Sequence record: SRR31156797_1402
Reading direction: 5' to 3' (one strand)
DNA: 64,000 bases
Part shown: one piece after another, positions 32,531 through 41,583 of the stretch
How the letters are laid out: each line of letters starts with the position of its first letter
Position numbering within the stretch: position 1 is the first letter of the stretch
Program-made: the position numbers and the translations under genes
The notes under the pieces: model-generated
What the model was told of the DNA's origin: nothing
Database searches by the model: none
Seen by the model: only the letters and a program-made list of their open reading frames with translations

Positions 32531-32632
32531 TCTTCTCTGACTATGCCTCAAGCTGCAAGCTTGTCTTCTCTGACTATGCCTAAAGCTGCAAGCTTGTCTT
32601 CTCTAACTATGGACAGGCTCAAAGCCTGTGCC
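32531..32632. repeat. 33-bp tandem repeat (2 near-identical copies plus 1 diverged) with an internal hairpin
   Basis: TCTTCTCTGACTATGCCT(C/A)AAGCTGCAAGCTTG at 32531 and 32564; third unit TCTTCTCTAACTATGGACAGGCTCAAAGCCTGTGCC. Confidence 0.85.
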
Positions 32633-32743
32633 CGGCAGAAAACCGAGCACAGATATTATTTCGTTAATTAAGCTCGATGCCCACCACTTTAGGAGTCTCG
32701 ATATTGATTCCCCACAAGGACTAGGCTGTGAGCCTACTCACTT

Positions 32744-33169
32744 TTAGAATGTAACTACTTCAGTAGTGTCTTTGACCATTTCACCTGCTACAACCGGCGG
32801 TTTAGCACCTGTAACACCATCTATAAGAGCATCTTTATTAAGACCTTTCGCTGGAAGATAAAGTGGGCAAACTTCAACTTTCACGCCTTGCTTGATCAAA
32901 CCTTTAAGTATCATCTGAGGGGACTTTTTAGGCGGCATAAATATAGTCTCTTTGCTACCTTTCAAAGCGAGGTCGCCACCAGGACCGCAAAGAACGATCT
33001 CTAGCTCTGCTCCTTTCTTTTTAGACTGCATAGAGAGCACCATTGCCATCATTTGAGTCTGAGAATCAGGAGAAGTAATAATAAATTGCATTTTCTTAGC
33101 TGCGAAAGCGTTAACAGATACCGCCATTAAAGCAGTAATAACCATAAGCATAGTAAGTCTTTTAAACAT
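32744..33169 (-). CDS. secreted DsrE-like family protein
   Basis: Signal peptide ending AFA; VLCGPGG and VKVEVCPLY; RBS GGAGG before ATG 33169. Confidence 0.7.
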   Translation of the reverse strand: MFKRLTMLMVITALMAVSVNAFAAKKMQFIITSPDSQTQMMAMVLSMQSKKKGAELEIVLCGPGGDLALKGSKETIFMPPKKSPQMILKGLIKQGVKVEVCPLYLPAKGLNKDALIDGVTGAKPPVVAGEMVKDTTEVVTF

Positions 33170-33322
33170 ATCTTCCTCCAATAAAATTAATTTCCAACTG
33201 TTAAGTTGTTTTTTGCCGATAAAAGGCATCAGGTTAGATTAACCCATCAATTCTCAAGAAACAACTGAACCTATATAAATTGTATGAAAGATTTTAAATA
33301 GATGTGCGAAAATCAGGATATA

Positions 33323-34132
33323 TTAGAGCTTCATTCCGTCGTAGGCGACTAATGTATTTTTGAATTCACGGCGAGCTAATATCTTCATCTCATCAAGCAT
33401 GATGTCGTTATACTCAGGGTTATGATGAAAGAGCACAAGGTTCTCCACCCCGGCTTTTTTAACGAAATCTATACCGTGCCTGAAGGTAGAATGTCCCCAG
33501 CCGACCTTTGGCATACCGCCGTCCTCGCCTGAGTACTCCTCCGGAGTGTAAGTCGTATCGAAGATGAGATAGTCACAGTCACGGGCATACTCGATAAGGA
33601 AATCGTCTTTTACGCTTCCGTGTTCGTAGTCGGATGTGAAAAGGATATTTCTGCCAGGGAATATTATCTTGTGCATAAGGACGCCGTCGGGGTGATTACC
33701 GTCAGCGACATGTATATCAACTTTTTTGAAATGAAACTGCTCACCACTGTCGATGAGATGAATCTGTATGTCTGCCCTCAGCTTGCTCTTAGGTACAGGG
33801 AAGAATGGGGGCTTGAAAAGAACATCGAGGATATCAGTTGATTCCATCTCGACCTTGTTCTCTAAATATATGTGTATTCGTTTTGTAGGGTTATAAAATG
33901 CCTGGAATATAGGCATACCCACGATATGATCCCAGTGCAGGTGTGAAAGAAAGATATGGAATTCTTTGAAATTTTTATAAGCATTCAGGCTGGTGAGACC
34001 GGTACCGCCATCAAAAATAACACAGCTTTCGTCATCAATAGGTGTCATGAGACAAGTTGTGTTTCCACCGTATTTCACAAAGTTGTGCCCAGTAACAGGG
34101 AGTGTCCCTCTTGTCCCCAGCAAATGCAGCAT
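33323..34132 (-). CDS. MBL-fold metallo-hydrolase (RNase Z / phosphodiesterase-like subfamily)
   Basis: LGTRG, YGGNTTC, DGGTG, SHLHWDH, NHP, TSDYEH, GWGHS, LFHHNP. Confidence 0.9.
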   Translation of the reverse strand: MLHLLGTRGTLPVTGHNFVKYGGNTTCLMTPIDDESCVIFDGGTGLTSLNAYKNFKEFHIFLSHLHWDHIVGMPIFQAFYNPTKRIHIYLENKVEMESTDILDVLFKPPFFPVPKSKLRADIQIHLIDSGEQFHFKKVDIHVADGNHPDGVLMHKIIFPGRNILFTSDYEHGSVKDDFLIEYARDCDYLIFDTTYTPEEYSGEDGGMPKVGWGHSTFRHGIDFVKKAGVENLVLFHHNPEYNDIMLDEMKILARREFKNTLVAYDGMKL

Positions 34133-34944
34133 CAGAACCTCTTGGTAAGTTTTACCTTATTACCTTTGTCGTTGTATTCAAGATTATCGAAATACATCCT
34201 TGTGATAAGAATGCCCCGCCCGTGAAGCTTCAGAAGTGACTCAGGATCAGTCGGATCAGGGAGTGTGTTAACGTCAAACCCCTCGCCCTCATCCTCTATC
34301 TCCATAGTGAGCCCCTCTTCAGAAACATCGTAGCTGAAAGTGACAAGTTTACTCATTACTTCAGTGTCAGCGAGTTTTTCATCTACCAGATCATAATAAG
34401 TTCCGCCCTCAGTGGCATGAAGCTTATCGTCACCTGTGATACCCATGTTGCCATGCTCAATAGCATTTGTAAGCATCTCAGAAAGCCCTACCCTCACCTT
34501 TTCAAGTGCGATAAAGTCCAGAAAGTAAACAAAGTCCCTCGTAAGAGCGAAAACAATCTTTTCAACGCTGAAAATGTCGTTTTTAATTTTAAACTCTTTG
34601 CTAAGGCTAACAGGCTTAACTGCAACAGCGGCAGCCTCGAAACAGCCAGAATGAGTGACTGCATCAACAAGACAACGGAGGTGAATATAGTCGAAATCAA
34701 CAGGAAGCGCATAAACTTCCCTCTTTTCTATTTTGTCCTTGCTGATATAACAAACCGGAAGGTCTTTAAGCCCGTCGATAGACAATTCTGTAGATTTATC
34801 TGTCAAAAAAATGACAGAAGCAGCATCATATTCAAACTCATCAGCACTGCCGATGAACTCTGCCTGAAACCTTTCTCTCTCGCAAAAGTTCTCTATCTTC
34901 TCTAAGAGCTTGCTATCATTAATAAAACATGTTAGTTTTTTCAT
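34132..34944 (-). CDS. anti-sigma-factor-like ATP-binding protein (HATPase_c_2) with degenerate receiver-like N-terminus
   Basis: EMLTNAIEHGN, IEDEGEGFD, HGRGI, YNDKGN; TGATG overlap with the MBL gene. Confidence 0.85.
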   Translation of the reverse strand: MKKLTCFINDSKLLEKIENFCERERFQAEFIGSADEFEYDAASVIFLTDKSTELSIDGLKDLPVCYISKDKIEKREVYALPVDFDYIHLRCLVDAVTHSGCFEAAAVAVKPVSLSKEFKIKNDIFSVEKIVFALTRDFVYFLDFIALEKVRVGLSEMLTNAIEHGNMGITGDDKLHATEGGTYYDLVDEKLADTEVMSKLVTFSYDVSEEGLTMEIEDEGEGFDVNTLPDPTDPESLLKLHGRGILITRMYFDNLEYNDKGNKVKLTKRF

Positions 34945-34950
34945 AAGCAG

Positions 34951-34980
34951 AGTATACCACAAACATTTACAACAGGTCAA
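34951..34980 (-). promoter_or_regulatory. putative sigma70 promoter giving a leaderless transcript
   Basis: TTGACC-N18-TATACT with TG extension; 6 nt to ATG 34944; no SD. Confidence 0.6.
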
Positions 34981-34982
34981 TC

Positions 34983-36407
34983 ATGTTGCGCAGTAAAGAT
35001 ATTTTTCGTAAATACGACATCAGAGGCATTTATGGTGAGTCGCTTACAGCGGGAGTTGCTGAGGATGCCGCTAGAGCTTTTGCCACTCAGGTAATCGACG
35101 AAACAGGAAAAACTGCACCAACTCTTTCAGTTGGTCGAGACGTCAGGGCATCATCCATACATCTTTTCAAAGCTATATGCAAAGGGCTGACCGGATCCGG
35201 TGTAAATGTTATCGACCTAGGCGTGTGCCCTTCCCCGCTAACCTACTTCAGCATGTATAGTGAAAACACCGACGGATATATGATGATAACCGGCAGCCAT
35301 AACGCACCGGAATTTAACGGGATAAAAGTGGGCACAAGGAACACTGTTTTCCACTCTGAAAAAATTGAACAGATTTACAACTACATAATCAACGACAACT
35401 TCCCTGTGGCTAAAGCCGAAGGCGAAGTCACTTCTGTTGATATCACACCTAAATATATAGACTATATCGTTAATCATTTCAAAAACTTAGCTGACACTAT
35501 AAAAGAGATACCTGTAAAGGTTGTGATCGATTCCGGCAGCGGAACTGCTTCCGGGATATCTCCTGCAATATTCAGGCAGCTCGGCGCAGAGGTTTACGAG
35601 CTTTACTGTGAGCCGGACGGAAGCTTCCCCGGGCATCACCCCGACCCTACTGTCGAGAGCAATATGACAGAGGCTAAAGAGCTTTTACTTTCCAAATCGG
35701 CTGATTTAGCTGTTGGTTATGACGGTGACGCCGACAGACTCGGCGCACTTAACTCTGACGGTGAAATGATCTGGGGCGATCAGCTCATATGCATCTTCGC
35801 AGACAGCATAGCTGAACAATATCAGGGTTCAAAGGTCGTAGCTGATGTAAAGGCAAGCCGTGGGCTTTATGAATTCATAGAGTCGATAGGGATGAAGCCT
35901 GTCATGTACCTATCAGGTCATTCGATGATAAAGGTCAAAATGAAAGAGGTCAAAGCTATTATAGGCGGCGAAATGAGTTCGCATTTCTTCTTCTCTGACA
36001 GGTATTACGGTTATGATGACGGTATATATGCATCACTTCGGCTTCTCGAAGCATACGTCAATGCTAAGAAGGCAGGAAAAATCACCAGATCATCCGAGCT
36101 GACTGACAGCATACCGAAATACATCAATACGCCTGAGATAAGGGAAAAATGTCCTGACGATGTAAAATTTGCGATTGTCGAGGAATTAAAGAAAAAACTT
36201 GCTGACCAAGGCATCACAGATGTGATAGATATTGACGGACTCCGCATCAACTTCGAAAACGGCTGGGCACTCATAAGGGCGAGCAATACAGAGCCGCTCC
36301 TGGTCACCAGATACGAAGCTGTGAACAGCGAAGAGTTTGACAGGATAAAAAGTTTTATTACTAAGATGATCAAAGAGATAGAGAATGATATACAGAAGAA
36401 AATCTAA
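34983..36407 (+). CDS. phosphomannomutase/phosphoglucomutase (AlgC-like)
   Basis: FRKYDIRG, TGSHN, DGDADR, GEMSSH, RASNTEP. Confidence 0.95.
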   Translation: MLRSKDIFRKYDIRGIYGESLTAGVAEDAARAFATQVIDETGKTAPTLSVGRDVRASSIHLFKAICKGLTGSGVNVIDLGVCPSPLTYFSMYSENTDGYMMITGSHNAPEFNGIKVGTRNTVFHSEKIEQIYNYIINDNFPVAKAEGEVTSVDITPKYIDYIVNHFKNLADTIKEIPVKVVIDSGSGTASGISPAIFRQLGAEVYELYCEPDGSFPGHHPDPTVESNMTEAKELLLSKSADLAVGYDGDADRLGALNSDGEMIWGDQLICIFADSIAEQYQGSKVVADVKASRGLYEFIESIGMKPVMYLSGHSMIKVKMKEVKAIIGGEMSSHFFFSDRYYGYDDGIYASLRLLEAYVNAKKAGKITRSSELTDSIPKYINTPEIREKCPDDVKFAIVEELKKKLADQGITDVIDIDGLRINFENGWALIRASNTEPLLVTRYEAVNSEEFDRIKSFITKMIKEIENDIQKKI

Positions 36408-37443
36408 GCAGATAAATGTGGGCAGTGTAGCTGTCGGAGGGGATGCACCGATAAGCATCCAGTCGATGACAAACACTGACACAAGGGATATAGAGCAGAC
36501 TGTTAAGCAGATTCAGGATCTGACTGATGCCGGATGTGAGATTGTCCGCTGTGCAGTAGTAGACCAGAGGGCGGCGGAAGCTTTCAAAGCTATCACTGAC
36601 GCTGTGAAAATACCTGTGATCGCTGACATACATTTCGATCATAAGCTCGCTATCAGCTCCATGGAGAACGGTGCGGACGCTATCCGTATCAACCCTGGCA
36701 ATATTGGTAGCAGTGAAAAAGTAAAAGCTGTGGTAGACTGCGCGAAATCTCATAACTGCTCTATCAGAGTCGGCGTAAATGCTGGTTCCTTAGAGAAAGA
36801 CCTGCTTAATAAATACGGGGTTTGTGCTGAATCGCTTGTTGAATCAGCAGAGCGCCACGTCAGACAGCTTGAGTCTTTCGGCTTTTACGATATGAAAGTA
36901 TCCTTGAAGGCTAGCAGTGTCCCACTAACTTATCAGGCGTATAAGCTTTTTGCTGAAAAAACCGATTATCCGCTTCATATAGGCGTTACGGAGGCCGGAA
37001 CCTTTTTCGCCGGCACTGTAAAGTCGTCAGCGGGGATAGGCGCCCTTCTGCTCGAAGGGATAGGCGATACATTCAGAGTTTCTCTCACTGGCGATCCTGT
37101 GGAGGAGATCCGTGTTGGCTGGCAGTTGCTTAACGCACTAGAGATAAGACGCCGTGGACCTGAGATTATCTCCTGCCCTACTTGCGGCAGAACAGAGATC
37201 GAACTTGTAAAATTAGCCGAAGAGGTCGAAAGACGTGCGGCTAGTATGACTTCCACTGTAAGCATCGCTGTTATGGGGTGTCCTGTAAACGGACCAGGTG
37301 AAGCGAGAGAAGCTGACTACGGTATAGCTGGCGGTCGGGGTGTTGGTTTGATCTTTAAAAAAGGACAAATTGTAAAAAAAGTATCAGAAGAGATGATTAT
37401 TGATGAACTTTTTGGTATCTTAAAAGAAGATAGTGTACATTAA
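36385..37443 (+). CDS. ispG: (E)-4-hydroxy-3-methylbut-2-enyl-diphosphate synthase
   Basis: IQSMTNT, ADIHF, RINPGN, SCPTCGR, VMGC.VNGPGE. Confidence 0.97.
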   Translation: MIYRRKSKQINVGSVAVGGDAPISIQSMTNTDTRDIEQTVKQIQDLTDAGCEIVRCAVVDQRAAEAFKAITDAVKIPVIADIHFDHKLAISSMENGADAIRINPGNIGSSEKVKAVVDCAKSHNCSIRVGVNAGSLEKDLLNKYGVCAESLVESAERHVRQLESFGFYDMKVSLKASSVPLTYQAYKLFAEKTDYPLHIGVTEAGTFFAGTVKSSAGIGALLLEGIGDTFRVSLTGDPVEEIRVGWQLLNALEIRRRGPEIISCPTCGRTEIELVKLAEEVERRAASMTSTVSIAVMGCPVNGPGEAREADYGIAGGRGVGLIFKKGQIVKKVSEEMIIDELFGILKEDSVH

Positions 37444-37461
37444 AACTTTCGGGGGAATGTT

Positions 37462-38127
37462 GTGACATTAGGCGAACGTCTTGCAGAATTAGCAATTTTT
37501 GAAACTTGTGACTTTAAAGACCTTGATAGGCTGGCAAGCTTCTGTAAAGTGAAGAAATTCCTCAAAGATGAGGTTGTTTTCCATAAAGGTGACGTAGGGA
37601 CAGACCTTTACGCTGTCCTTGATGGTATTTTCCGTGTGGTCATTATAGATGACAGAGGCGACGAGATCATACTTGCCCACGTTAAACCGGGTGACGTTGT
37701 CGGCGAAATGAGCCTAATCGACGGCATGGGAAGAACTGGAACACTCATTGCTGATGAAAAATCTGAAATAGTCCTTATACCTAGAAAAGCTTTTAATGAA
37801 CTCATGCAGAAAGATTTCAATGTAACACTTTATCTGCTGGAAACACTAACTGACAGACTTCGTAAAGCTGACGAACTCATAGGTTCACTCGCTTTTTTAA
37901 ACGTTAGAGAGAGGATCATCAAATATATGCTTGAAACTGTGCCAGAGGATGAAGAAGCGGAAAACGGATATTACATCATCAAAAAATATACTCATCAGGA
38001 GCTTTCGAATCTTATCGGTGCCTCGAGAGAATCAGTCACCAAATGCTTAAAAATACTTGCACTGGAAGGTGTTATAAAGATTAAGCAGGATTGTATGCTC
38101 ATCCGAGAGCCGTCTATGATTTTTTAA
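37462..38127 (+). CDS. Crp/Fnr family transcriptional regulator
   Basis: cNMP pocket GEMSLIDGMGRT; HTH THQELSNLIGASRESVTK; no Fnr Cys cluster. Confidence 0.92.
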   Translation: MTLGERLAELAIFETCDFKDLDRLASFCKVKKFLKDEVVFHKGDVGTDLYAVLDGIFRVVIIDDRGDEIILAHVKPGDVVGEMSLIDGMGRTGTLIADEKSEIVLIPRKAFNELMQKDFNVTLYLLETLTDRLRKADELIGSLAFLNVRERIIKYMLETVPEDEEAENGYYIIKKYTHQELSNLIGASRESVTKCLKILALEGVIKIKQDCMLIREPSMIF

Positions 38128-38302
38128 GGTTTGTCTTAAGTTTGAAAAGCTGACACTCTATACCGGAACTTTGATATACGCTCACTGAAGGGAGGGTATG
38201 CCTCACCTTAAAATCGTACGCTCTGCACCCGTAAGGGAAATTTTCGTCCCATGTAATATAAAAATGCTCACACCTTCTGCAATTTATCCTTTTCAAAACC
38301 AT
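38114..38302 (-). CDS. small Cys-rich protein (CxxC...C...C)
   Basis: NCRRCEHFYITWDENFPYGC...SSGIECQLF; RBS AGGAG upstream. Confidence 0.7.
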   Translation of the reverse strand: MVLKRINCRRCEHFYITWDENFPYGCRAYDFKVRHTLPSVSVYQSSGIECQLFKLKTNLKKS

Positions 38303-38347
38303 CCGCTCCTATATGATATAACACATAATTATTTAACGGAGATGTAC

Positions 38348-40288
38348 ATGTTTGTAAACTATAGAACTGATATCTTAGACAATGCAATAGATGAACTCAA
38401 GGATCTTTTGGCATCAAACAGAAAAAACATAAATACTTTTTTAGCTGATGAACCAAGAACTTATAAGTCATTTATCCGCCCGCTTATGGCACTCGACTCA
38501 AGGATAAATGAATTTTTCACACCTATCTCTCATATAAACTTTGTGAACAACTCAGAAAAAACTCAGGAGGTTTACAACACATGCCTCCCTATGCTGACAG
38601 AATACTCTACTCAGCTTGGGCAGTCAGTTGAGCTTTATGAGGCGGTAGAGGCTGTATATTCCGCTGAGAAAGACGAACTCACCGCACCGCAGGTGAAGGT
38701 GCTAGAAAACATGATAAAAGGCTTCAGGCTGTCTGGTGTCCACCTTCCGGAGGCTGATAAGAGCCGCCTGATGGAGATCAACCTTGAGCTTAGCCAGCTT
38801 GGTACTGATTTCGCACAGAATGTACTGAAAGATACTGATGAATTTGAATTTATAACTGAAAACCCACTGGATATAGAAGGCATACCTGAGCCAGACCTTA
38901 AAGCGGCGGAATGCAGCGAAGGTTGGAAATTTACTCTGAAAATGCCTAGCTATCTGGCATATATGACTTACGGTCCAAATAGGAAAATCCGCGAAAAACT
39001 GTATAAGGCGTACTGCACAAGAGCGCCTCAGAACGGCGAAATAATTGAAAAGCTACTCGCACTCAAAAAAGAATCAGCAAAGATGCTCGGATTTAATAAG
39101 TTTAGCGATTTATCCCTTGAGACGAAAAACGCAAACACACCTGAGCAGGTGATAGACTTCCTCAACGACCTAGCCGTAAAAGCAGGCAGACAGGGAAAGG
39201 TAGAGATAGACGAACTGATCGCTCTCTCAGGTCTGGATGACATTCAGGCTTATGACACTGGATATTACTCTGAGAAACTCCGCCTTGAAAAATGCGGATA
39301 CGACGAGCAGAAATACAGACCTTACTTTGAGCTGAACTCAGTTGTTGATGGTCTATTCTCCTTTATCGAAAAAGTTTTTGGAGTGTCATTCTCGAAGGTG
39401 AAAGTACCTGTCTGGCATGAAAGTGTAAATGCTTACGATCTCATCAGAGACGGCGAGGTATTCGCTCGTATATACACCGACCTCACCTTCCGGAAAGGGA
39501 AGCGTGACGGCGCATGGATGAACAACTGGCAGACAAGATATCTCGATGAAAACAATGAGCTTCATCATGCGACAGCACTTATCTGCGGTAATTTCCCGCA
39601 GGAGAAATTCGACAGCCCGTCACTTCTGAAACATAGAGATGTTGTGACACTTTTCCACGAGATGGGGCACGCCCTGCACCACCTCCTTTCAGATGTTGAC
39701 GAAGCTGACGTAAGCGGTGTGCACGGTGTTGAGTGGGACGTGATAGAGTTTCCTTCTCAGTTTCTTGAACTTTTCGCTTATAACAAAGACGTGCTTAAGA
39801 TGTTCGCAAAACACCATGAAACAGGTGAAATACTCCCTGACGAAATGATAGATAGACTCGATGATGTAAGAGTTTTTATGTCTGCAACAGCCCTTTTACG
39901 CCAGCTCGAGTTCGGACTTTTAGATATGAACATCCACGCTGATGCTCTAACAAAAGAAGAAGTTCAGGCGGAGCTTGATAAAATACGTGAGACAACATCG
40001 CTGATCAAACCGCCAGCTTATAACAAGTTCCAGCACGGTTTCAGCCACATATTCGCAGGCGGATACTCTGCCGGATACTACAGCTATAAGTGGGCAGAGA
40101 GGCTATCCTGCGATGCGTACAGCATATTCATAAACGAAGGGGTTTTTAACTCTGAAACAGGTGAAAGGTTCCTCGAAAGTGTGCTTAGCAAAGGTGGAAG
40201 CGCTGACCCTATGGTACTTTTCGAAAGATTTGCCGGGAGACAGCCTGACAACGAAGCACTGCTGCTTATTAATGGAATTAAACTTTAA
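38348..40288 (+). CDS. prlC: M3 family oligopeptidase A
   Basis: LFHEMGHALHH, IEFPSQ, FSHIFAGGYSAGYYSYKWAE; start at ATG 38348 after RBS CGGAG. Confidence 0.9.
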   Translation: MFVNYRTDILDNAIDELKDLLASNRKNINTFLADEPRTYKSFIRPLMALDSRINEFFTPISHINFVNNSEKTQEVYNTCLPMLTEYSTQLGQSVELYEAVEAVYSAEKDELTAPQVKVLENMIKGFRLSGVHLPEADKSRLMEINLELSQLGTDFAQNVLKDTDEFEFITENPLDIEGIPEPDLKAAECSEGWKFTLKMPSYLAYMTYGPNRKIREKLYKAYCTRAPQNGEIIEKLLALKKESAKMLGFNKFSDLSLETKNANTPEQVIDFLNDLAVKAGRQGKVEIDELIALSGLDDIQAYDTGYYSEKLRLEKCGYDEQKYRPYFELNSVVDGLFSFIEKVFGVSFSKVKVPVWHESVNAYDLIRDGEVFARIYTDLTFRKGKRDGAWMNNWQTRYLDENNELHHATALICGNFPQEKFDSPSLLKHRDVVTLFHEMGHALHHLLSDVDEADVSGVHGVEWDVIEFPSQFLELFAYNKDVLKMFAKHHETGEILPDEMIDRLDDVRVFMSATALLRQLEFGLLDMNIHADALTKEEVQAELDKIRETTSLIKPPAYNKFQHGFSHIFAGGYSAGYYSYKWAERLSCDAYSIFINEGVFNSETGERFLESVLSKGGSADPMVLFERFAGRQPDNEALLLINGIKL

Positions 40289-40302
40289 TTATATACTGAA
40301 AA

Positions 40303-40355
40303 CCCGTGTGGCTGATACTTACCGTATCAGCCGGCTAACGGGGGCTAAAAGCCCG
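40303..40355. other. GC-rich nested hairpins between convergent genes
   Basis: CCCGT..GGCTGATAC-5-GTATCAGCC..ACGGG and GGGC-TAAAA-GCCC. Confidence 0.5.
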
Positions 40356-40406
40356 GTAATTTATAATTTAATCACTGTATTAGCAATATGTATGTACTAT
40401 TAGCAC

Positions 40407-41426
40407 TTAGATGCATTTCTCTGGAATTGGAAACTCTTTATCAAACAGCGCCCACGATGCTTTCACATATTCAAACATCTGCTTAACATTATCGCTTTCA
40501 TAGAAATCCTTATCGTAATCCTCAAACTCGAAGAACTGAGTATCTTCTATACGGCTTCCTGTTTTGTTTTGCTCAAAAGCGGCATTTATAATATCTGTAA
40601 GCTCTTGTCCATATTGAACTACTCTAATCCTTCCTACAGGTCTGCACTCACGAAGTATGGAAGAGTAAAGATTTGTCCAGCGGAGCATGTTAGCGATATG
40701 AAGCTCTCTGGATATCTCCTCTTCGTATTCACCAGACATAACTATTGCCCCAGGGTGACGAACTGTCACGAAGTAGTTTGCCTTTTCACCGAAGAGATGA
40801 TTGAGAAATTTCACTGCATAGCTAAGAGCGGTGCTCTTAAGAAAAATATGTTCTGAATCTGGAGCTTCATTATTGGTGTAAACAAGAAACTGACAAAGCT
40901 CGAAAAGTAGTGTCTGAAAATTAGATGGAAGTCTCCACCCCATATCGAATTCAGAATCAGGGTCTTCAACACAATATCTGCCATTTGGCATAAAATTATG
41001 TGTCATAGACAGCAGAAGGTTTTCCCAAGGCCACTCGTAAGCATCAGAAATTCCATTATAAAGTGTCGTCCCACCTGTTCTAGGCATTCCGATTATAAAG
41101 TTAAATGTTCTCCCTTCAATATATGGTTTTACAGCGTTACCGTCACCGTTAAGAATACCCTGATAAAGCTTAATAACCTCATCCATACTGCTTTTAAGCT
41201 TCTCCTGAAACTCTTTTGTAGGCTCTTTCTTTTTGAGAATGCCTAAATGCTTCTCTCTTATTTTTTCAAATTCTTTTGCATCTATTTCATCGTTAGTAAC
41301 TACTGACCAAGTCTCTTTAGGGTCGATACCTGCAACATATTCAAGCATACCAAATGCGATAGGTATGTCTATCCTCTGGCTCATACTGACTGATCTTACA
41401 GGTTTAAAAGTTTCCTTTTCGCTCAT
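40407..41426 (-). CDS. sulfotransferase-like P-loop protein
   Basis: FIIGMPRTGGTTL (5'-PSB-like) and YFVTVRHP (3'-PB-like); RBS AAGGAAG before ATG 41426. Confidence 0.6.
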   Translation of the reverse strand: MSEKETFKPVRSVSMSQRIDIPIAFGMLEYVAGIDPKETWSVVTNDEIDAKEFEKIREKHLGILKKKEPTKEFQEKLKSSMDEVIKLYQGILNGDGNAVKPYIEGRTFNFIIGMPRTGGTTLYNGISDAYEWPWENLLLSMTHNFMPNGRYCVEDPDSEFDMGWRLPSNFQTLLFELCQFLVYTNNEAPDSEHIFLKSTALSYAVKFLNHLFGEKANYFVTVRHPGAIVMSGEYEEEISRELHIANMLRWTNLYSSILRECRPVGRIRVVQYGQELTDIINAAFEQNKTGSRIEDTQFFEFEDYDKDFYESDNVKQMFEYVKASWALFDKEFPIPEKCI

Positions 41427-41583
41427 AATAATCTTCCTTAGTGTTTTTATATCGGCTTGAATTTTAACCCCTGAGCACCACTTTTTCAAGGAATATGTTC
41501 TGAAATCGTCACGCAACAACAACTTTACATAAGCTTAACTTTCGTTTAAGTTCTATAAACACTCAATTATACGGGGATATAGC

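Noticed and set aside
32531-32632. CRISPR array
   Set aside because: Units are directly adjacent with no unique spacers, only about 3 units, and no cas genes in the window
33196-33222. Sigma-28 promoter (GCCGATAA at 33215)
   Set aside because: No -35 at the right spacing, and it points antisense into the MBL gene
38198-38347. N-terminal extension of prlC in the ORF track
   Set aside because: Overlaps the small Cys-rich gene on the other strand; the RBS supports ATG 38348
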